A stretch of 64,000 bases of DNA, from NCBI GenBank assembly GCA_963740355.1, contig CAVUDW010000002.1:2272001-2336000 (forward strand), written 5' to 3'. The position numbers and the translations under genes are program-made. Under the pieces are notes generated by a model. That model saw only the letters and a list, made by a program, of their open reading frames with translations. It had not been told where the DNA came from and did no database searches. Shown here in pieces: positions 9,729 through 20,447 of the stretch. The stretch is from an uncultured Gemmatimonadaceae bacterium. GTDB taxonomy: Bacteria > Gemmatimonadota > Gemmatimonadetes > Gemmatimonadales > Gemmatimonadaceae. The first letter of the stretch is position 1. Every line of letters starts with the position of its first letter.

Positions 9729-11188
9729 GTACCGCTATGGCAGCAGATGTGACCACTGGATTCGAGATGGTGGTTGGCCTCGAAGTCCATGTGCAGTTGA
9801 AGACCGCCAGCAAGGCGTTCTGCGGCTGTTCCACGAACTTTGGTGCGCCCCCCAACCAGAATACCTGCCCGGTGTGCCTGGCGTTGCCAGGCGCCTTGCC
9901 GGTGCTCAATGCGCGTGCCGTTGAACTCGCGTTGCGCGTGGCGCTCGGCTTCGGCTTCACGGTCAATCGCTCGTCGATCTTCGCACGCAAGAATTACTTC
10001 TATCCAGACCTGCCGAAAGGGTATCAGATCTCGCAGCACGATCGGCCGATTGCCGAACACGGCTCGCTCGACATCGGGCTCGTCGTCGATGGCAAGCCAC
10101 GCGTGATCGGTATCACCCGCGCTCACATGGAAGAGGATGCGGGCAAGTCGATTCACGATCGGTATGAAAGTGCCACCGCCGTGGATCTCAATCGCAGTGG
10201 TGTGCCCCTGGTCGAGATCGTGAGCGAGCCGGACATGCGATCCCCCGAGGAGGCTGGCGCATACCTGCGAACGCTGAAGCAGATCCTGCTCTATCTCGAT
10301 GTCAGCGACTGCAACATGGAGGAGGGAAGCCTTCGCGTCGACGCCAACGTCAGCGCGCGGCCATTCGGGCAGCAGAAGCTTGGCACCAAGTGCGAAGTCA
10401 AGAATATGAACTCCTTCTCCGGGGTCGAGAAGGCGCTGGCGGCAGAGTTCCGGCGCCAGTGTGGTGTGTTGGCCTCCGGCGGCACGGTGCAGCAACAGAC
10501 GTTGCTCTGGGATGGGCACAAGAACGAGATCCGTCCCGCGCGCAGCAAGGAAGGGTCGAGCGACTACCGATATTTCCCCGAGCCGGATCTGCCGCCGCTG
10601 ATCGTGACTGATGCGGAACTGGCGCGTGTCACCGATTCCTTGCCGGAGTTGCCGGTTGCGCGCCGCGCGCGGTATGCGGCCATGAAGCTCTCGGAGTACG
10701 ACGTTCAGGAGCTGACGGCCGATCCACTGACGGGACCGTATTTCGAGGCGGTTCTGGCACGGCACAGCGATGCCAAGGCTGTGGCGAACTGGGTGAACGG
10801 CGAAGTACGCGCCACGCTCAACGAATCCGGTGGAACGTGGGATGCTGCGCCACTCGCTCCCGATCGCCTTGCCGCGCTGCTCGATCTGGTGCGCGACGGT
10901 GTGGTCAGCAGCAGTGCTGCAAAGAAGATCTTCGCACAACTGCTGACGTCGGCCGAGGCACCACGCGCCATCGCCGAACGCGAAGGACTGGTCCAGGTGC
11001 GCGACGACAATGCACTGGCGGGTTGGGTCGATGAAGTGCTCGCGGAAAACCCTGCCGAAGCCGCACGTTTTGCAGCCGGCGAGAAGAAGCTACAAGGCCT
11101 GCTCGTCGGCCTCGTGATGAAGAAATCACAGGGTCGCGCCGATCCGAAGCTCGTCAATCAGTTGCTGTCGTCGCGCGCGGCCGGGTAG
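9725..11188 (+). CDS. gatB: Asp/Glu-tRNA amidotransferase subunit B
   Basis: [43 protein letters not shown]. Confidence 0.97.
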   Translation: MSTAMAADVTTGFEMVVGLEVHVQLKTASKAFCGCSTNFGAPPNQNTCPVCLALPGALPVLNARAVELALRVALGFGFTVNRSSIFARKNYFYPDLPKGYQISQHDRPIAEHGSLDIGLVVDGKPRVIGITRAHMEEDAGKSIHDRYESATAVDLNRSGVPLVEIVSEPDMRSPEEAGAYLRTLKQILLYLDVSDCNMEEGSLRVDANVSARPFGQQKLGTKCEVKNMNSFSGVEKALAAEFRRQCGVLASGGTVQQQTLLWDGHKNEIRPARSKEGSSDYRYFPEPDLPPLIVTDAELARVTDSLPELPVARRARYAAMKLSEYDVQELTADPLTGPYFEAVLARHSDAKAVANWVNGEVRATLNESGGTWDAAPLAPDRLAALLDLVRDGVVSSSAAKKIFAQLLTSAEAPRAIAEREGLVQVRDDNALAGWVDEVLAENPAEAARFAAGEKKLQGLLVGLVMKKSQGRADPKLVNQLLSSRAAG

Positions 11189-12096
11189 AGCGGGATTTCG
11201 AGCGTCTCTGCGTGGCGGAGCGGAGAGCTCGGGAGGCCGAAGTGACGCTCGGCCTCCTCGCGCACGAATGGATCGCCGCCGCGTCGTAGTGATACCCGAC
11301 GCAGGCGCTTGGCGAGGCGCAGCGCTTCGTCGCCGCTCGGATCGAACTGATACGACTCCGAGCGGTCGAGGCGCTCCAGCAGATCCATGACATAGTCGAA
11401 CGAGCGCACGAGATGTGTCTCGACCTCCGGCCGTGACAGCCCCCACCGGCTGTTGTCCGCCATGATGCGGTAGATCCGCTGCCAGCTTTCACTATCCGTC
11501 ACATGCACCATCCCGCGAAAGAGTCGCCGGTTGGTGCTGGTGCTGAAGATCGTCGGGCTCAGGATGTCGTCGAGGTGCGAGTCGGCGCGTGAGTGGTCGA
11601 GCAGGATCACGTCACGCGCGCGCCGTGCCGCTGCGTCACCGAGATGCGTCTCGAATCGACTTTCCCAATAGCTGTGACCGAGCGCGGACGTGCTGCTGGT
11701 GACCGTCAGTTGGCGCGGCACGAAGAAATTGTGCGCCACCACGTCGGCGGCCAGGTGCGACAGGTACCCGAGCGCGAATGCGCGCAACGATTCATCGCCG
11801 GCGCGCTCATAGATCTCGAATCCCACAGCCCACGAATGGCAGTGCCGACCAGTTGGCGCGTATTTCTTCGCCATCGAGGTGTCGGCCGCGATGCTGCCGT
11901 ACAGGAAATCCTGGGGAAACGTGCGCAGCAGGGCGGAGGTCGCAGCGGGCAGCAACGTCAGCGAGCGTAACACGGCTTCGCCGATGTGGATGTGCGTGCC
12001 CGGTGTCCAGGCGAAGAGATCAGTTGGAGTGAGGGCGATCCACAGCAGCGCCAAAACCACCGGCGCAAGCCAGCGGGCCGCGGGGCGTGCGCTCAC
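11158..12096 (-). CDS. Zinc-dependent phospholipase C / P1-nuclease-like family protein, exported
   Basis: Signal peptide then W-x4-H (WTPGTH), GSIAAD, GYLSHLAADVVAHN, GHSYWE. Confidence 0.8.
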   Translation of the reverse strand: MSARPAARWLAPVVLALLWIALTPTDLFAWTPGTHIHIGEAVLRSLTLLPAATSALLRTFPQDFLYGSIAADTSMAKKYAPTGRHCHSWAVGFEIYERAGDESLRAFALGYLSHLAADVVAHNFFVPRQLTVTSSTSALGHSYWESRFETHLGDAAARRARDVILLDHSRADSHLDDILSPTIFSTSTNRRLFRGMVHVTDSESWQRIYRIMADNSRWGLSRPEVETHLVRSFDYVMDLLERLDRSESYQFDPSGDEALRLAKRLRRVSLRRGGDPFVREEAERHFGLPSSPLRHAETLEIPLYPAARDDSN

Positions 12097-13088
12097 GAAT
12101 GCCGTCGCTGGCGGATTCGTGGACCACCGTGACGCGGCGCCGACGGCTCGGCGGCCTCGTCATCCGCGTCCTCTTCCTCGTCGATGCGATCGTCGTCGTC
12201 TTCGTCGTCATCCTCGTCTAGTTCGTCGTCATCATCTTCATCGTCATCGAGCTCGTCGTCCTCGTCATCATCATCATCATCATCATCATCTTCGAGCTCG
12301 TCCTCCACACTGTCGTCAAGCTCGTCCTCGTCATCATCGTCGTCATCATCGTCCTCGTCATCCCAGTCGATGTCGCCCTCGTCGGCGTCCAACGCGACCG
12401 GGCCAGCCGCCGCACGACGCGGAGCCACGACGATCTCGTCGGCGTCCTCCTCCTCGACGTCATCATCCATGTCGGCCAGCGCCGCCTCGAGTACTGCGAG
12501 TCGTCGACGCACATCCGCCTCGTCCAGTGCGTCGGTGTCGTCGGCGTGCCGAGCGACATGCCTGGTGGCTCGGCGACCGTTCGTCTTGCCCTTTCTCGAG
12601 AACAAGCTCCGCACCAACGAACCCGTGCCCGTGCGTACACCGCGCACGATTCCCGTGGCCGATGCGATGGTCGCTTGCGCTTCGTCCTGCACCGCATCGA
12701 GCAGCGTACCGAATTGCGAGAGCCGCGCCTCGCCGGCGTCGATGGCGTCGCGCACTGCATCGTCCACGACTTCAATCGTGCCACGCAGCTTCTTCAGGTC
12801 TGCGCGCGCCTCGACGGTGACTTCGGACAGCTGCGTCGCGATCTGGTTGAGATTGCGGGCCAACGGAATCAACTCCTCGGCCAGCCCCTGCATCTTTCCA
12901 CCCAGTCGACTCTCGACACCCTTGACCGCCCGCGCCATACCAAGCAGGGCCGCAGCAATGCCGCAGAGCAGCAGTGTCACGACGATGCTCAGGACCCCCG
13001 TCGCCACACTGTACCAGGGGGCGGGGACATCGACCGGACGCACGAGCAGTGTGTCCGCGACAAGCGCGAGAACGGGGATTGTCATCAT
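12093..13088 (-). CDS. Membrane protein with coiled coil (DUF948-like) and long Asp/Glu-rich tail
   Basis: Hydrophobic TM segment, heptad-like region, then a long D/E tract; start uncertain (13085/13088 vs 13145). Confidence 0.65.
   Translation of the reverse strand: MMTIPVLALVADTLLVRPVDVPAPWYSVATGVLSIVVTLLLCGIAAALLGMARAVKGVESRLGGKMQGLAEELIPLARNLNQIATQLSEVTVEARADLKKLRGTIEVVDDAVRDAIDAGEARLSQFGTLLDAVQDEAQATIASATGIVRGVRTGTGSLVRSLFSRKGKTNGRRATRHVARHADDTDALDEADVRRRLAVLEAALADMDDDVEEEDADEIVVAPRRAAAGPVALDADEGDIDWDDEDDDDDDDDEDELDDSVEDELEDDDDDDDDDEDDELDDDEDDDDELDEDDDEDDDDRIDEEEDADDEAAEPSAPRHGGPRIRQRRHS
12170..12370. repeat. Low-complexity TCA/TCG/TCC trinucleotide tract encoding poly-Asp/Glu
   Basis: Includes a run of consecutive TCA units near 12265-12290. 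Confidence 0.85.
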
Positions 13089-13195
13089 GCTCAAAGTTAC
13101 CCCCAGCATCGACGCAGAGCACCCCTGCGCTTGACCTGCCGCCATGAGTCCGGCAGCTTCACGCGCTTATCGACTGACCCAACGGGAGCGTATGC

Positions 13196-14482
13196 ATGGC
13201 CGCACTGCGGTATGTAGTGGAAGGCGGACGAGAGCTGTCAGGCACAATCCGACCTGCTGGCAACAAGAACGCAGCTTTGCCGATCGTGGCAGCCGCGCTG
13301 CTCACTCCAGATGAAGTCACGCTGGAGAATGTGCCTCGGATTCGCGACATCGAGACGCTTGTCCTGCTGCTCCGCTCGGTGGGCGCCGAGGCGGAATGGA
13401 CGGGTCCGAATACGCTGCGGATTCAGGCGAAGGACATCCATCCGGCCACCCTCGATCCCGTACTCTGTGAAAAGATCCGGGCATCGATTCTGCTTGCCGG
13501 CCCGCTGCTCGCACGCTGTGGCAGTGTCACCTTGCCGCCCCCCGGCGGTGATGTCATTGGCCGTCGTCGACTCGACACACATTTCTTCGCCTTCGAACAG
13601 CTCGGCGCCACCTTCACGGCCGGCGAACAGTTCGTCCTGACGGCGAAGGAATTGCGCGGACGCGACATCTTCCTCGATGAACCCAGCGTCACTGGGACCG
13701 AGAACGCGATGTGTGCGGCGGCGTTGGCGAAGGGCACCACGATCTTCCGCAATGCCGCGAGTGAGCCGCATGTCCAGGATCTGGCGCACTTCCTCGTCGG
13801 CATGGGTGCGCAGATCGAGGGCATCGGCACCAACACGCTCACCGTCCACGGCGTGCAGCGACTGCATGGGTGTACGCATCGGATCGGACCGGATCACATC
13901 GAGGTTGGCAGCTTCATCGGGCTCGCCGCAGTCACGCGGTCGGAGTTGCGGATCGCGGATGCCGGTGTGGAGCATCTGCGCTCGATGCTGATGGGATTCG
14001 AGCGGTTGGGCATTTCGTGCGTGATCGACGGCAAGGATCTCATCGTGCCGAAGGAGCAGTCCCGCCGCATTCGTGACGACCTCGGCGGACATGTGCCCAA
14101 GCTCGAGGATCAGCCGTGGCCCGCCTTTCCTGCCGACGTGATGTCGATTGCGATCGTCACGGCGACGCAGTGTGAGGGCTTGATCCTGATGCATGAGAAG
14201 ATGTTCGAATCACGCATGTTCTTCGTCGACAAGCTGATCTCGATGGGCGCACGCATCGTCCTCTGCGATCCGCATCGGGCCCTGGTCTCGGGCCCGTCGC
14301 AGCTTCGCGCCGGCAACGTGGAAAGTCCGGACATCCGCGCCGGCATGGCGATGCTGCTGGCCGCCCTCTGCGCGACCGGTACCAGCACCATCATGAATGT
14401 GGGGCAGATCGAACGCGGCTACGAACGCATCGACGAGCGCCTCAATGCACTCGGCGCGAACATCACGCGCATCGAGGATTGA
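13196..14482 (+). CDS. murA: UDP-N-acetylglucosamine 1-carboxyvinyltransferase (Asp-type)
   Basis: GNKNAALP, RASILLAGPLL, PGGDVIGRR, SVTGTEN, DIRAG, ERGYE. Confidence 0.96.
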   Translation: MAALRYVVEGGRELSGTIRPAGNKNAALPIVAAALLTPDEVTLENVPRIRDIETLVLLLRSVGAEAEWTGPNTLRIQAKDIHPATLDPVLCEKIRASILLAGPLLARCGSVTLPPPGGDVIGRRRLDTHFFAFEQLGATFTAGEQFVLTAKELRGRDIFLDEPSVTGTENAMCAAALAKGTTIFRNAASEPHVQDLAHFLVGMGAQIEGIGTNTLTVHGVQRLHGCTHRIGPDHIEVGSFIGLAAVTRSELRIADAGVEHLRSMLMGFERLGISCVIDGKDLIVPKEQSRRIRDDLGGHVPKLEDQPWPAFPADVMSIAIVTATQCEGLILMHEKMFESRMFFVDKLISMGARIVLCDPHRALVSGPSQLRAGNVESPDIRAGMAMLLAALCATGTSTIMNVGQIERGYERIDERLNALGANITRIED

Positions 14483-15192
14483 CGCTCCCGGCACACCTCG
14501 GCATCCCCGATTTCGATGAGTGGGGATTCTGCGCCTTCACCACCTCGCGTGCGGCCGGAACGTTCGGGTCGCACGCGACGGAGCCGGCCGTCGAGGTGCT
14601 GGGACGCTGGAATGGCCTGGTCGCCGGTGCTGCCGCGCTCGGCGCGTCGCGTTTTGCCAGCGGTATCCAGGTGCACGGTCCCGAGTTTGCCGTCCACACC
14701 GCTGGCTGGCGTGGGTGGCTGCGAACGGCGGATGTGGATGGACACGCGTGGCTGACGTCGGGCACGGCAGCGGCCGTCACGGTCGCCGATTGTGTGCCGG
14801 TGTTCATTGCCCATCCGTCGGGTGCCGGGGCAGTGCTGCACTCCGGCTGGCGAGGCACAGTGGCGGGGATCACCGAGCGCGCCGTCCGCTGGTTTGGCCA
14901 GGCCGGCTTTGGGGCGGGGAGCCTTCGGATACATCTCGGCCCCTCCATTTGTGGCAGCTGCTACGAGGTCAGTCCAGATGTCTTCGCGGCGCTGACGGGC
15001 TCGACCGTGGAACGGCCGACCCCGGTCGATTTGCGGCGGAGCATTGCCGACCGAGCGCGCGCGCTCGGCGTGCGGGACGTGGCCATCAGCGAGTGGTGCA
15101 CCCGCTGCTCGAATGACCAGCTCTTCTCCCACCGCGCCGGCGACGCTGGCAGGCAGCTGGGCGTCCTGATCTCACCTGAAAGGCGCAAGTGA
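14479..15192 (+). CDS. pgeF: PgeF/YfiH family (polyphenol oxidase-like / purine nucleoside phosphorylase)
   Basis: QVHG, ADCVPV, HSGWRG, GPSICGSCYEV, CTRC..FSHR; TTG start overlapping murA TGA. Confidence 0.88.
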   Translation: MTLPAHLGIPDFDEWGFCAFTTSRAAGTFGSHATEPAVEVLGRWNGLVAGAAALGASRFASGIQVHGPEFAVHTAGWRGWLRTADVDGHAWLTSGTAAAVTVADCVPVFIAHPSGAGAVLHSGWRGTVAGITERAVRWFGQAGFGAGSLRIHLGPSICGSCYEVSPDVFAALTGSTVERPTPVDLRRSIADRARALGVRDVAISEWCTRCSNDQLFSHRAGDAGRQLGVLISPERRK

Positions 15193-15207
15193 CTGTCCGA
15201 CAGGCGC

Positions 15208-15236
15208 TTGAACGCACCTGCCCACCGGGTTATGAT
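15208..15236 (+). promoter_or_regulatory. sigma70 promoter of rimP-nusA-infB operon
   Basis: TTGAAC-17 nt-TATGAT. Confidence 0.7.
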
Positions 15237-15263
15237 CACAGAAGCAATTCGGTACTACACTGC

Positions 15264-15292
15264 AAAGTGTGGGGGCCTCCCCGCACTTTTTT
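15264..15292 (+). promoter_or_regulatory. rimP leader attenuator-like hairpin
   Basis: AAAGTGTGGGG-GCCT-CCCCGCACTTT followed by more T, between promoter and rimP. Confidence 0.7.
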
Positions 15293-15326
15293 GTTTCTGT
15301 AAGATCGCGTTTGAGAGGTCGGGAAC

Positions 15327-15806
15327 GTGGCGGCACCCATCGCAGCAGCTGTGCAGCAGGTGGTCGATTCGGCAGTGACGCAGGCAGGCTTCGAGCTGTT
15401 CTCGCTCACTGGCGGCGGCACCCGGAACCGGCCGTTGCTGGAAGTGCGGATCGATCGCCCGGATGGTGCAAAAGTCACGATCGACGATTGCGCTGTCGTG
15501 TCGCGCGCGATCGAGGCGGTGCTCGATGGCAGTGGGCTCGTCGCTGAAACGTACAGGTTGGAAGTGTCGTCGCCGGGCATGGATCGCCCGCTACGTCACG
15601 CTGCCGATTGGCGGCGCTTCGCGGGACGGCGGGTTGCCGTCACGAGCGGTGCGCTGGTCGGGAGCAGGGTCGAGGGCACGCTGCTCGGAATCGACGAGAA
15701 CGCCGACGTCGAGACGGGTGTCGTGCAGGATGATCAGGGCACAGAACATCGGGTGGCACTCGCCGACGTGAAAACCGCGCGGCTGGTTGTCACCTGGAAT
15801 CGATAG
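15327..15806 (+). CDS. rimP: Ribosome maturation factor RimP
   Basis: VTIDDCAVVSR, YRLEVSSPGMDRPL. Confidence 0.95.
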   Translation: MAAPIAAAVQQVVDSAVTQAGFELFSLTGGGTRNRPLLEVRIDRPDGAKVTIDDCAVVSRAIEAVLDGSGLVAETYRLEVSSPGMDRPLRHAADWRRFAGRRVAVTSGALVGSRVEGTLLGIDENADVETGVVQDDQGTEHRVALADVKTARLVVTWNR

Positions 15807-15824
15807 AAGGTCGAGGCGATCGCG

Positions 15825-17141
15825 ATGGATATTCTGAACGCAATCAAGGAACTCACCAACTCCAAGCAGATGGATCGCGAGGAGTTGCGTGCGCTTTTGC
15901 AGGATGGCATTCTGGCGGCGCTCGGCCGGAAGTATGGGCCGACCGTTGATGCGGAAGTCGAAATCGACGAGACCAAGGGCGAAATCCGCATCGTGCGCCT
16001 GCGCACGGTGTCGGCTGAAGTCACCGATCCGGTGCGCGAAGTGACGCTCGAGGAAGCACGCTTCCTCGACGAAAGCTTCGAAGTCGGCGACGTGATGGAA
16101 ACGCCCATTGAGTTCGCTGAGTTCGGCCGCACCGCTGTGCAGGCCGCCAAGCAGCGCATCTTGCAGCGGGTGCGGGAAGGTGAGCGCACCAAGATCAAGG
16201 ACGAGTTCTCTGGTCGTGTTGGCGACCTCTTCTCGGGTGAAGTGCAGCAGATCGAGCGCGGCAAGCTGGTGCTCATGCTGAACCGCCACCGCGAAGCGGA
16301 AGCGATCATTCCGTACCGCGAACAGAACCATCGCGAGCACTACCACCAGGGCGAGACCATCCGCGCCGTGCTGAAGAAGGTCGAGGACACGCCCAAGGGG
16401 CCGCGCCTCGTCTTCAGCCGCTCCGATCCCCTGTTCGTGCAGGCGCTGTTCAAGCTCGAAGTCCCGGAAATCCAGCAGGCGGTCGTCGAGATTCGTGCCG
16501 CCGCGCGCGAAGTCGGCAGCCGCACCAAGATCGCCGTCTTCTCGCGTGATGATGCGATCGATCCGGTTGGCGCTTGCGTCGGACTGAAGGGTGCACGAGT
16601 ACAGGCGGTCGTGAATGAGCTGGGCGGTGAGCGCATCGACATCGTGCCATGGTCGGCCGATCCGGAGCGTTTTGCCAAGCTCGCGCTCGCACCCGCGAAG
16701 GTCGCCCGGGTCTTCAGTGACCCGGCCACCAAGACGATCCAGGCCGTCGTGGACGAGGATCAGCTCTCGCTGGCCATCGGCCGCAATGGCCAGAACGTGC
16801 GCCTCGCGTCCGAGCTCACCGGCTGGAAGATCGACCTCTACTCGAGCCGCGAATGGGTCGAGAAGACGGAAGGTGGGGCTGGCTTCGCGCCGCTCCCCGA
16901 GGAGCCGGTGGCCGACGTCCCGCTTTCTGCCCTCGAAGGGCTGTCGATGGCGACCGTCGCGGTGCTCGAGGCGGGCGGATATCGCACGCTCAACGATATT
17001 ATTGATCTCGAGCGCGGCGACTTCCTCAAGCTGCCGGGCATTGCGCCGGCCGAAGCGGATCGCATCATGGGGATCCTCGACGAGCTGACGACGGACGATG
17101 CCACTGAAGAAGGTGGCAACAGTGCAGGGGCCGGCGCCTGA
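15825..17141 (+). CDS. nusA: Transcription termination/antitermination factor NusA
   Basis: FGRTAVQAAKQ, LEVPEI, DPVGACVGLKG, LAIGRNGQNVRLA; acidic C-terminal domain. Confidence 0.97.
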   Translation: MDILNAIKELTNSKQMDREELRALLQDGILAALGRKYGPTVDAEVEIDETKGEIRIVRLRTVSAEVTDPVREVTLEEARFLDESFEVGDVMETPIEFAEFGRTAVQAAKQRILQRVREGERTKIKDEFSGRVGDLFSGEVQQIERGKLVLMLNRHREAEAIIPYREQNHREHYHQGETIRAVLKKVEDTPKGPRLVFSRSDPLFVQALFKLEVPEIQQAVVEIRAAAREVGSRTKIAVFSRDDAIDPVGACVGLKGARVQAVVNELGGERIDIVPWSADPERFAKLALAPAKVARVFSDPATKTIQAVVDEDQLSLAIGRNGQNVRLASELTGWKIDLYSSREWVEKTEGGAGFAPLPEEPVADVPLSALEGLSMATVAVLEAGGYRTLNDIIDLERGDFLKLPGIAPAEADRIMGILDELTTDDATEEGGNSAGAGA

Positions 17142-17470
17142 GTGACCTGGCTGAGCGACGCAAGCTGGCTGCGCTGCTCGGTCTCGGGTTTCGCGGACGC
17201 TTGGTAGTGGTGGGGGTTGAGCAGGTACGCGCCGAGGCGAAGAAGGGGACCGTGAAGCTTGCGGTCATCGCCCACGACGCGTCGCGTCACAGTCGCGAGA
17301 AGGTGGTGCCTCTGTTGCGCGCGAAGGGAATCGACATCATTGAAGTGATGTCGGCGGATGAGTTGGGCGCCGCATTCGGGCGCGAGCAGACTGCGGCGGT
17401 GGGCATTACCGACGCAGGGTTGGCGCGGGGCGTTCGAGCCATCGGGCTCGACACCGGGCGCTCGGAGTGA
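17138..17470 (+). CDS. L7Ae/YlxQ-like RNA-binding protein (probable CTG start)
   Basis: Frame open from CTG 17138: SDLAERRKLAALLGLGFRGRLVVVG..LAVIAHDAS..ELGAAFGR; located between nusA and infB. Confidence 0.82.
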   Translation: MSDLAERRKLAALLGLGFRGRLVVVGVEQVRAEAKKGTVKLAVIAHDASRHSREKVVPLLRAKGIDIIEVMSADELGAAFGREQTAAVGITDAGLARGVRAIGLDTGRSE

Positions 17471-17486
17471 CTTTCGGAGGCTGTGC

Positions 17487-20342
17487 TTGAGCAAGTTGCG
17501 CGTCGTGGATATGGCCGGTGAGTTCGAGATCAACGTGGACGAAGTGATCGCCATGTTGCGCTCGATGGACGTGCCGGTGTTGAGCCCGCAGAGCGGGCTG
17601 ACCGATGATCAGGTGTCACGGATCCGTGCACGGTGGGAGCGCGAAAAGCGCGCCCGCCAGGCCAAGGCCGCGGCACCTGCTCCTGCGGCTGCCCGTCGGC
17701 GTAAGGGAGCCGCTCCCGCGGCCGAACCCGCAGCGCCGACCCCCGCAGCGGCGCCCGACGTGCCCGCCGAGCCGGAAGCCGGCGCGCCGGCCGTTCGTCG
17801 CCGCAAGGCGGCTGACGTCGCCGCGCAGCAGGCCATTCATGATGCGACTGCTGCCGCCGAGGCCGAAGCACACGCTGCCGCCGAGGCGGCGCATGCTGCC
17901 GCGATCGCTGCTGCCGCTCCGCCACCGCCGCCACCGCCCGTCGAGGTTGCGCCACCTGCGCCTGTGATCGAGATGGCCGCCGCATCGGGCGACAGTGCCG
18001 CCGCGCCGGTCGCCCCGGTCGCCGTCACGCCGCCCGAAGCGCCCCCGGCACGCCCGGCGCCCGTCGCCAGCGCGTCGCCGACGACCGTGCAGCCGATGCC
18101 GACCCCGTACGCCAGCGCCTCCCCCAGCACGCAGAGTGCCGGCGGCTCGGGCGCGTCACGTCCGCCACTTCGTCCCGCGTCAGCTGGTCTTCCGGATCGG
18201 CCCCGTGCCGCCGGTGCAGGCTTGCCGCCGCGCGGCCGTCCTGGTCAGGGTGGTGGAAACTTCAGCGGCCCGCGTCCTGTCGCCTCGGCGACGCCGTCGT
18301 TCGGTGGCCCCGCCGTCCGTCCGCCTGGTGGTGGTGCGCCGCGTCCCGGTGGCGGTGCTCCAGGTGCCGGCAGTACCGCGCCTCGCGCCGGCGGTGATCC
18401 GCGTCGCGGTGGTGGCAAGAAGGGCAAGCGTGGGTCGGTCGATCAGGCCGCCGTCGACGCGAACATCTCGAAGACGATGAGCGCCTTGCGCGGCCCGGCT
18501 CGCCGTGGTCGTCGCTTCGACGACTCTGCATCACGTGAGGAGCTGGAGGCGTTCCGCGCCGCCGCTGCCGAACGTGAGCGGACGACGGTGCGCGTCAATG
18601 AATTCATCACGGTGTCGGAACTCGCCCAGATCCTGAAGGTCGCGGCCACGGAAATCGTCGGCTTCGCCTTCAAGCATCTCGGCTTGATGGTCACGATCAA
18701 CCAGCGACTCGACTTCGACCAGATCGAGTTGATCGCCGGTGAGTTCGGTTTCCAGGCTGTGAAGGAAGAGGAGTACGCCGTCGAGGAAGAAGCGGACAAG
18801 ATCGTCGATGCCGCCGAGGACCTCGTCTCGCGTCCGCCTGTCGTCACCATCATGGGTCACGTCGACCACGGCAAGACGTCGCTGCTCGACTACATCCGCA
18901 AGGCGAACGTCGTCGCAGGTGAAGCCGGTGGTATCACGCAGCACATCGGCGCCTACCATGTCACGCTGGCTGGTGGCAAGACGATCACCTTCCTCGACAC
19001 GCCGGGTCACGAAGCCTTCACGGCCATGCGTGCGCGAGGTGCACAAGTCACCGACATCGTCGTGCTGGTCGTTGCCGCTGACGACAAGGTGATGCCGCAG
19101 ACGATCGAGGCCATCTCGCATGCACGCAATGCCGGTGTGCCGCTGGTCGTTGCGATCAACAAGATCGACGCCCCGGGCGCAGATGCGGCCAAGGTGCGTC
19201 AGGACCTGCTGCAGCAGAACGTGGTGCTCGAAGACTTCGGTGGCTCGGTGCTCGCCAGCGACATCTCGGCAAAGAAGGGCACCAACATCGACCAGCTGCT
19301 CGACCAGATCCTGCTGCAGGCTGAAATCCTCGACCTCAAGGCCAACCCGGCGCGTCGTGCGCAGGGTGCCGTGGTCGAAGCGCAGCTCGATCCGGGCAAG
19401 GGCCCGGTCGCGACGGTGCTGATCCAGAATGGCACACTGCGCGTCGGTGATGACTTCATCTGCGGTGTGTTCTCCGGTCGCGTTCGCGCGCTGCTCGATG
19501 AGCGCGGCAAGATCGTGAAGTCCGCCGGCCCGGCGATCCCGGTGCAGGTGCTTGGCATGACGGGCGTTCCGATGGCCGGCGACCAGTTCGTCGTCGTCGA
19601 GGATGCCGCCGAAGCGCGTGAGATTGCGCAGCGTCGTGAGCGTCTCGAACGCGAAGCGCGCAGCCGTCGCACCACCAAGTCCTCTGTCTCGCTGGCTGAC
19701 TTCATGGCCGCCGCGACATCGGGCGAGAAGCGCACGCTGAAGATGCTCATCAAGGCTGACCAGGGCGGTCCGGCGGAAGCACTCGCCGACGCACTGCAGC
19801 AGCTGTCGAACGCTGAAGTTCAGGTCGAAGTCATCTCGCGTGGTGTCGGCGCGATCTCCGAGAGCGATATCCTGCTCGCGAAGGCCGCTGGTGCGATCAT
19901 CGTCGGCTTCCATGTGCGCCCGGACAACAAGGCGCGCTCGGCTGCCGAACGCGAAGGCGTCGACATCAAGCTCTACCGGATCATCTACGAAGCGGTCTCC
20001 GACGTGAAGTCTGCGCTCGAAGGCATGCTCCGCCCGGAACAGCGCGAAGTCATCTTCGGCGAGGCCGAAGTTCGCGAAGTCTTCAAGGTGCCGAAGCTTG
20101 GTGCCATCGCCGGTTGCATGGTTCGCAGCGGCATGATGAGTCGTCAGGGCAAGATGCGCGTGATCCGCGACGGTGTCGAAGTGTACGAAGGCAGCATCTC
20201 GTCGCTCCGCCGCTTCAAGGACGACGCGAAGGAAGTGAAGGAAGGCTACGAGTGCGGTATTGCGATCGAGAATTTCAACGACATCAAGGTCGGTGACGTG
20301 CTCGAATGCTTCCGCACCGAGGAAATCGCGCGCACGCTCTAA
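17487..20342 (+). CDS. infB: Translation initiation factor IF-2
   Basis: GGAGG then TTG (MSKLRVVD); [28 protein letters not shown]; long Ala/Pro/Gly-rich N-terminal linker. Confidence 0.97.
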   Translation: MSKLRVVDMAGEFEINVDEVIAMLRSMDVPVLSPQSGLTDDQVSRIRARWEREKRARQAKAAAPAPAAARRRKGAAPAAEPAAPTPAAAPDVPAEPEAGAPAVRRRKAADVAAQQAIHDATAAAEAEAHAAAEAAHAAAIAAAAPPPPPPPVEVAPPAPVIEMAAASGDSAAAPVAPVAVTPPEAPPARPAPVASASPTTVQPMPTPYASASPSTQSAGGSGASRPPLRPASAGLPDRPRAAGAGLPPRGRPGQGGGNFSGPRPVASATPSFGGPAVRPPGGGAPRPGGGAPGAGSTAPRAGGDPRRGGGKKGKRGSVDQAAVDANISKTMSALRGPARRGRRFDDSASREELEAFRAAAAERERTTVRVNEFITVSELAQILKVAATEIVGFAFKHLGLMVTINQRLDFDQIELIAGEFGFQAVKEEEYAVEEEADKIVDAAEDLVSRPPVVTIMGHVDHGKTSLLDYIRKANVVAGEAGGITQHIGAYHVTLAGGKTITFLDTPGHEAFTAMRARGAQVTDIVVLVVAADDKVMPQTIEAISHARNAGVPLVVAINKIDAPGADAAKVRQDLLQQNVVLEDFGGSVLASDISAKKGTNIDQLLDQILLQAEILDLKANPARRAQGAVVEAQLDPGKGPVATVLIQNGTLRVGDDFICGVFSGRVRALLDERGKIVKSAGPAIPVQVLGMTGVPMAGDQFVVVEDAAEAREIAQRRERLEREARSRRTTKSSVSLADFMAAATSGEKRTLKMLIKADQGGPAEALADALQQLSNAEVQVEVISRGVGAISESDILLAKAAGAIIVGFHVRPDNKARSAAEREGVDIKLYRIIYEAVSDVKSALEGMLRPEQREVIFGEAEVREVFKVPKLGAIAGCMVRSGMMSRQGKMRVIRDGVEVYEGSISSLRRFKDDAKEVKEGYECGIAIENFNDIKVGDVLECFRTEEIARTL

Positions 20343-20447
20343 GCTCGGGGCACGCATCCTTTTTGTGGCCCCCTCGGTGCACGTGCACTGTGGGGGTCAC
20401 TGCGTCAGCGGACCGTCAACCCGGCCGCCTGCCGCACTGGAGAGAAC

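Noticed and set aside
12184..13134. Poly-Ser ORF on + strand
   Set aside because: It is the antisense shadow of the poly-Asp/Glu tail.
18531..20357. Long antisense ORFs (also 2661-4154, 9686-10939, 60641-62281 and others)
   Set aside because: They are shadows of well-conserved genes, expected from high-GC codon bias, and show no recognisable motifs.
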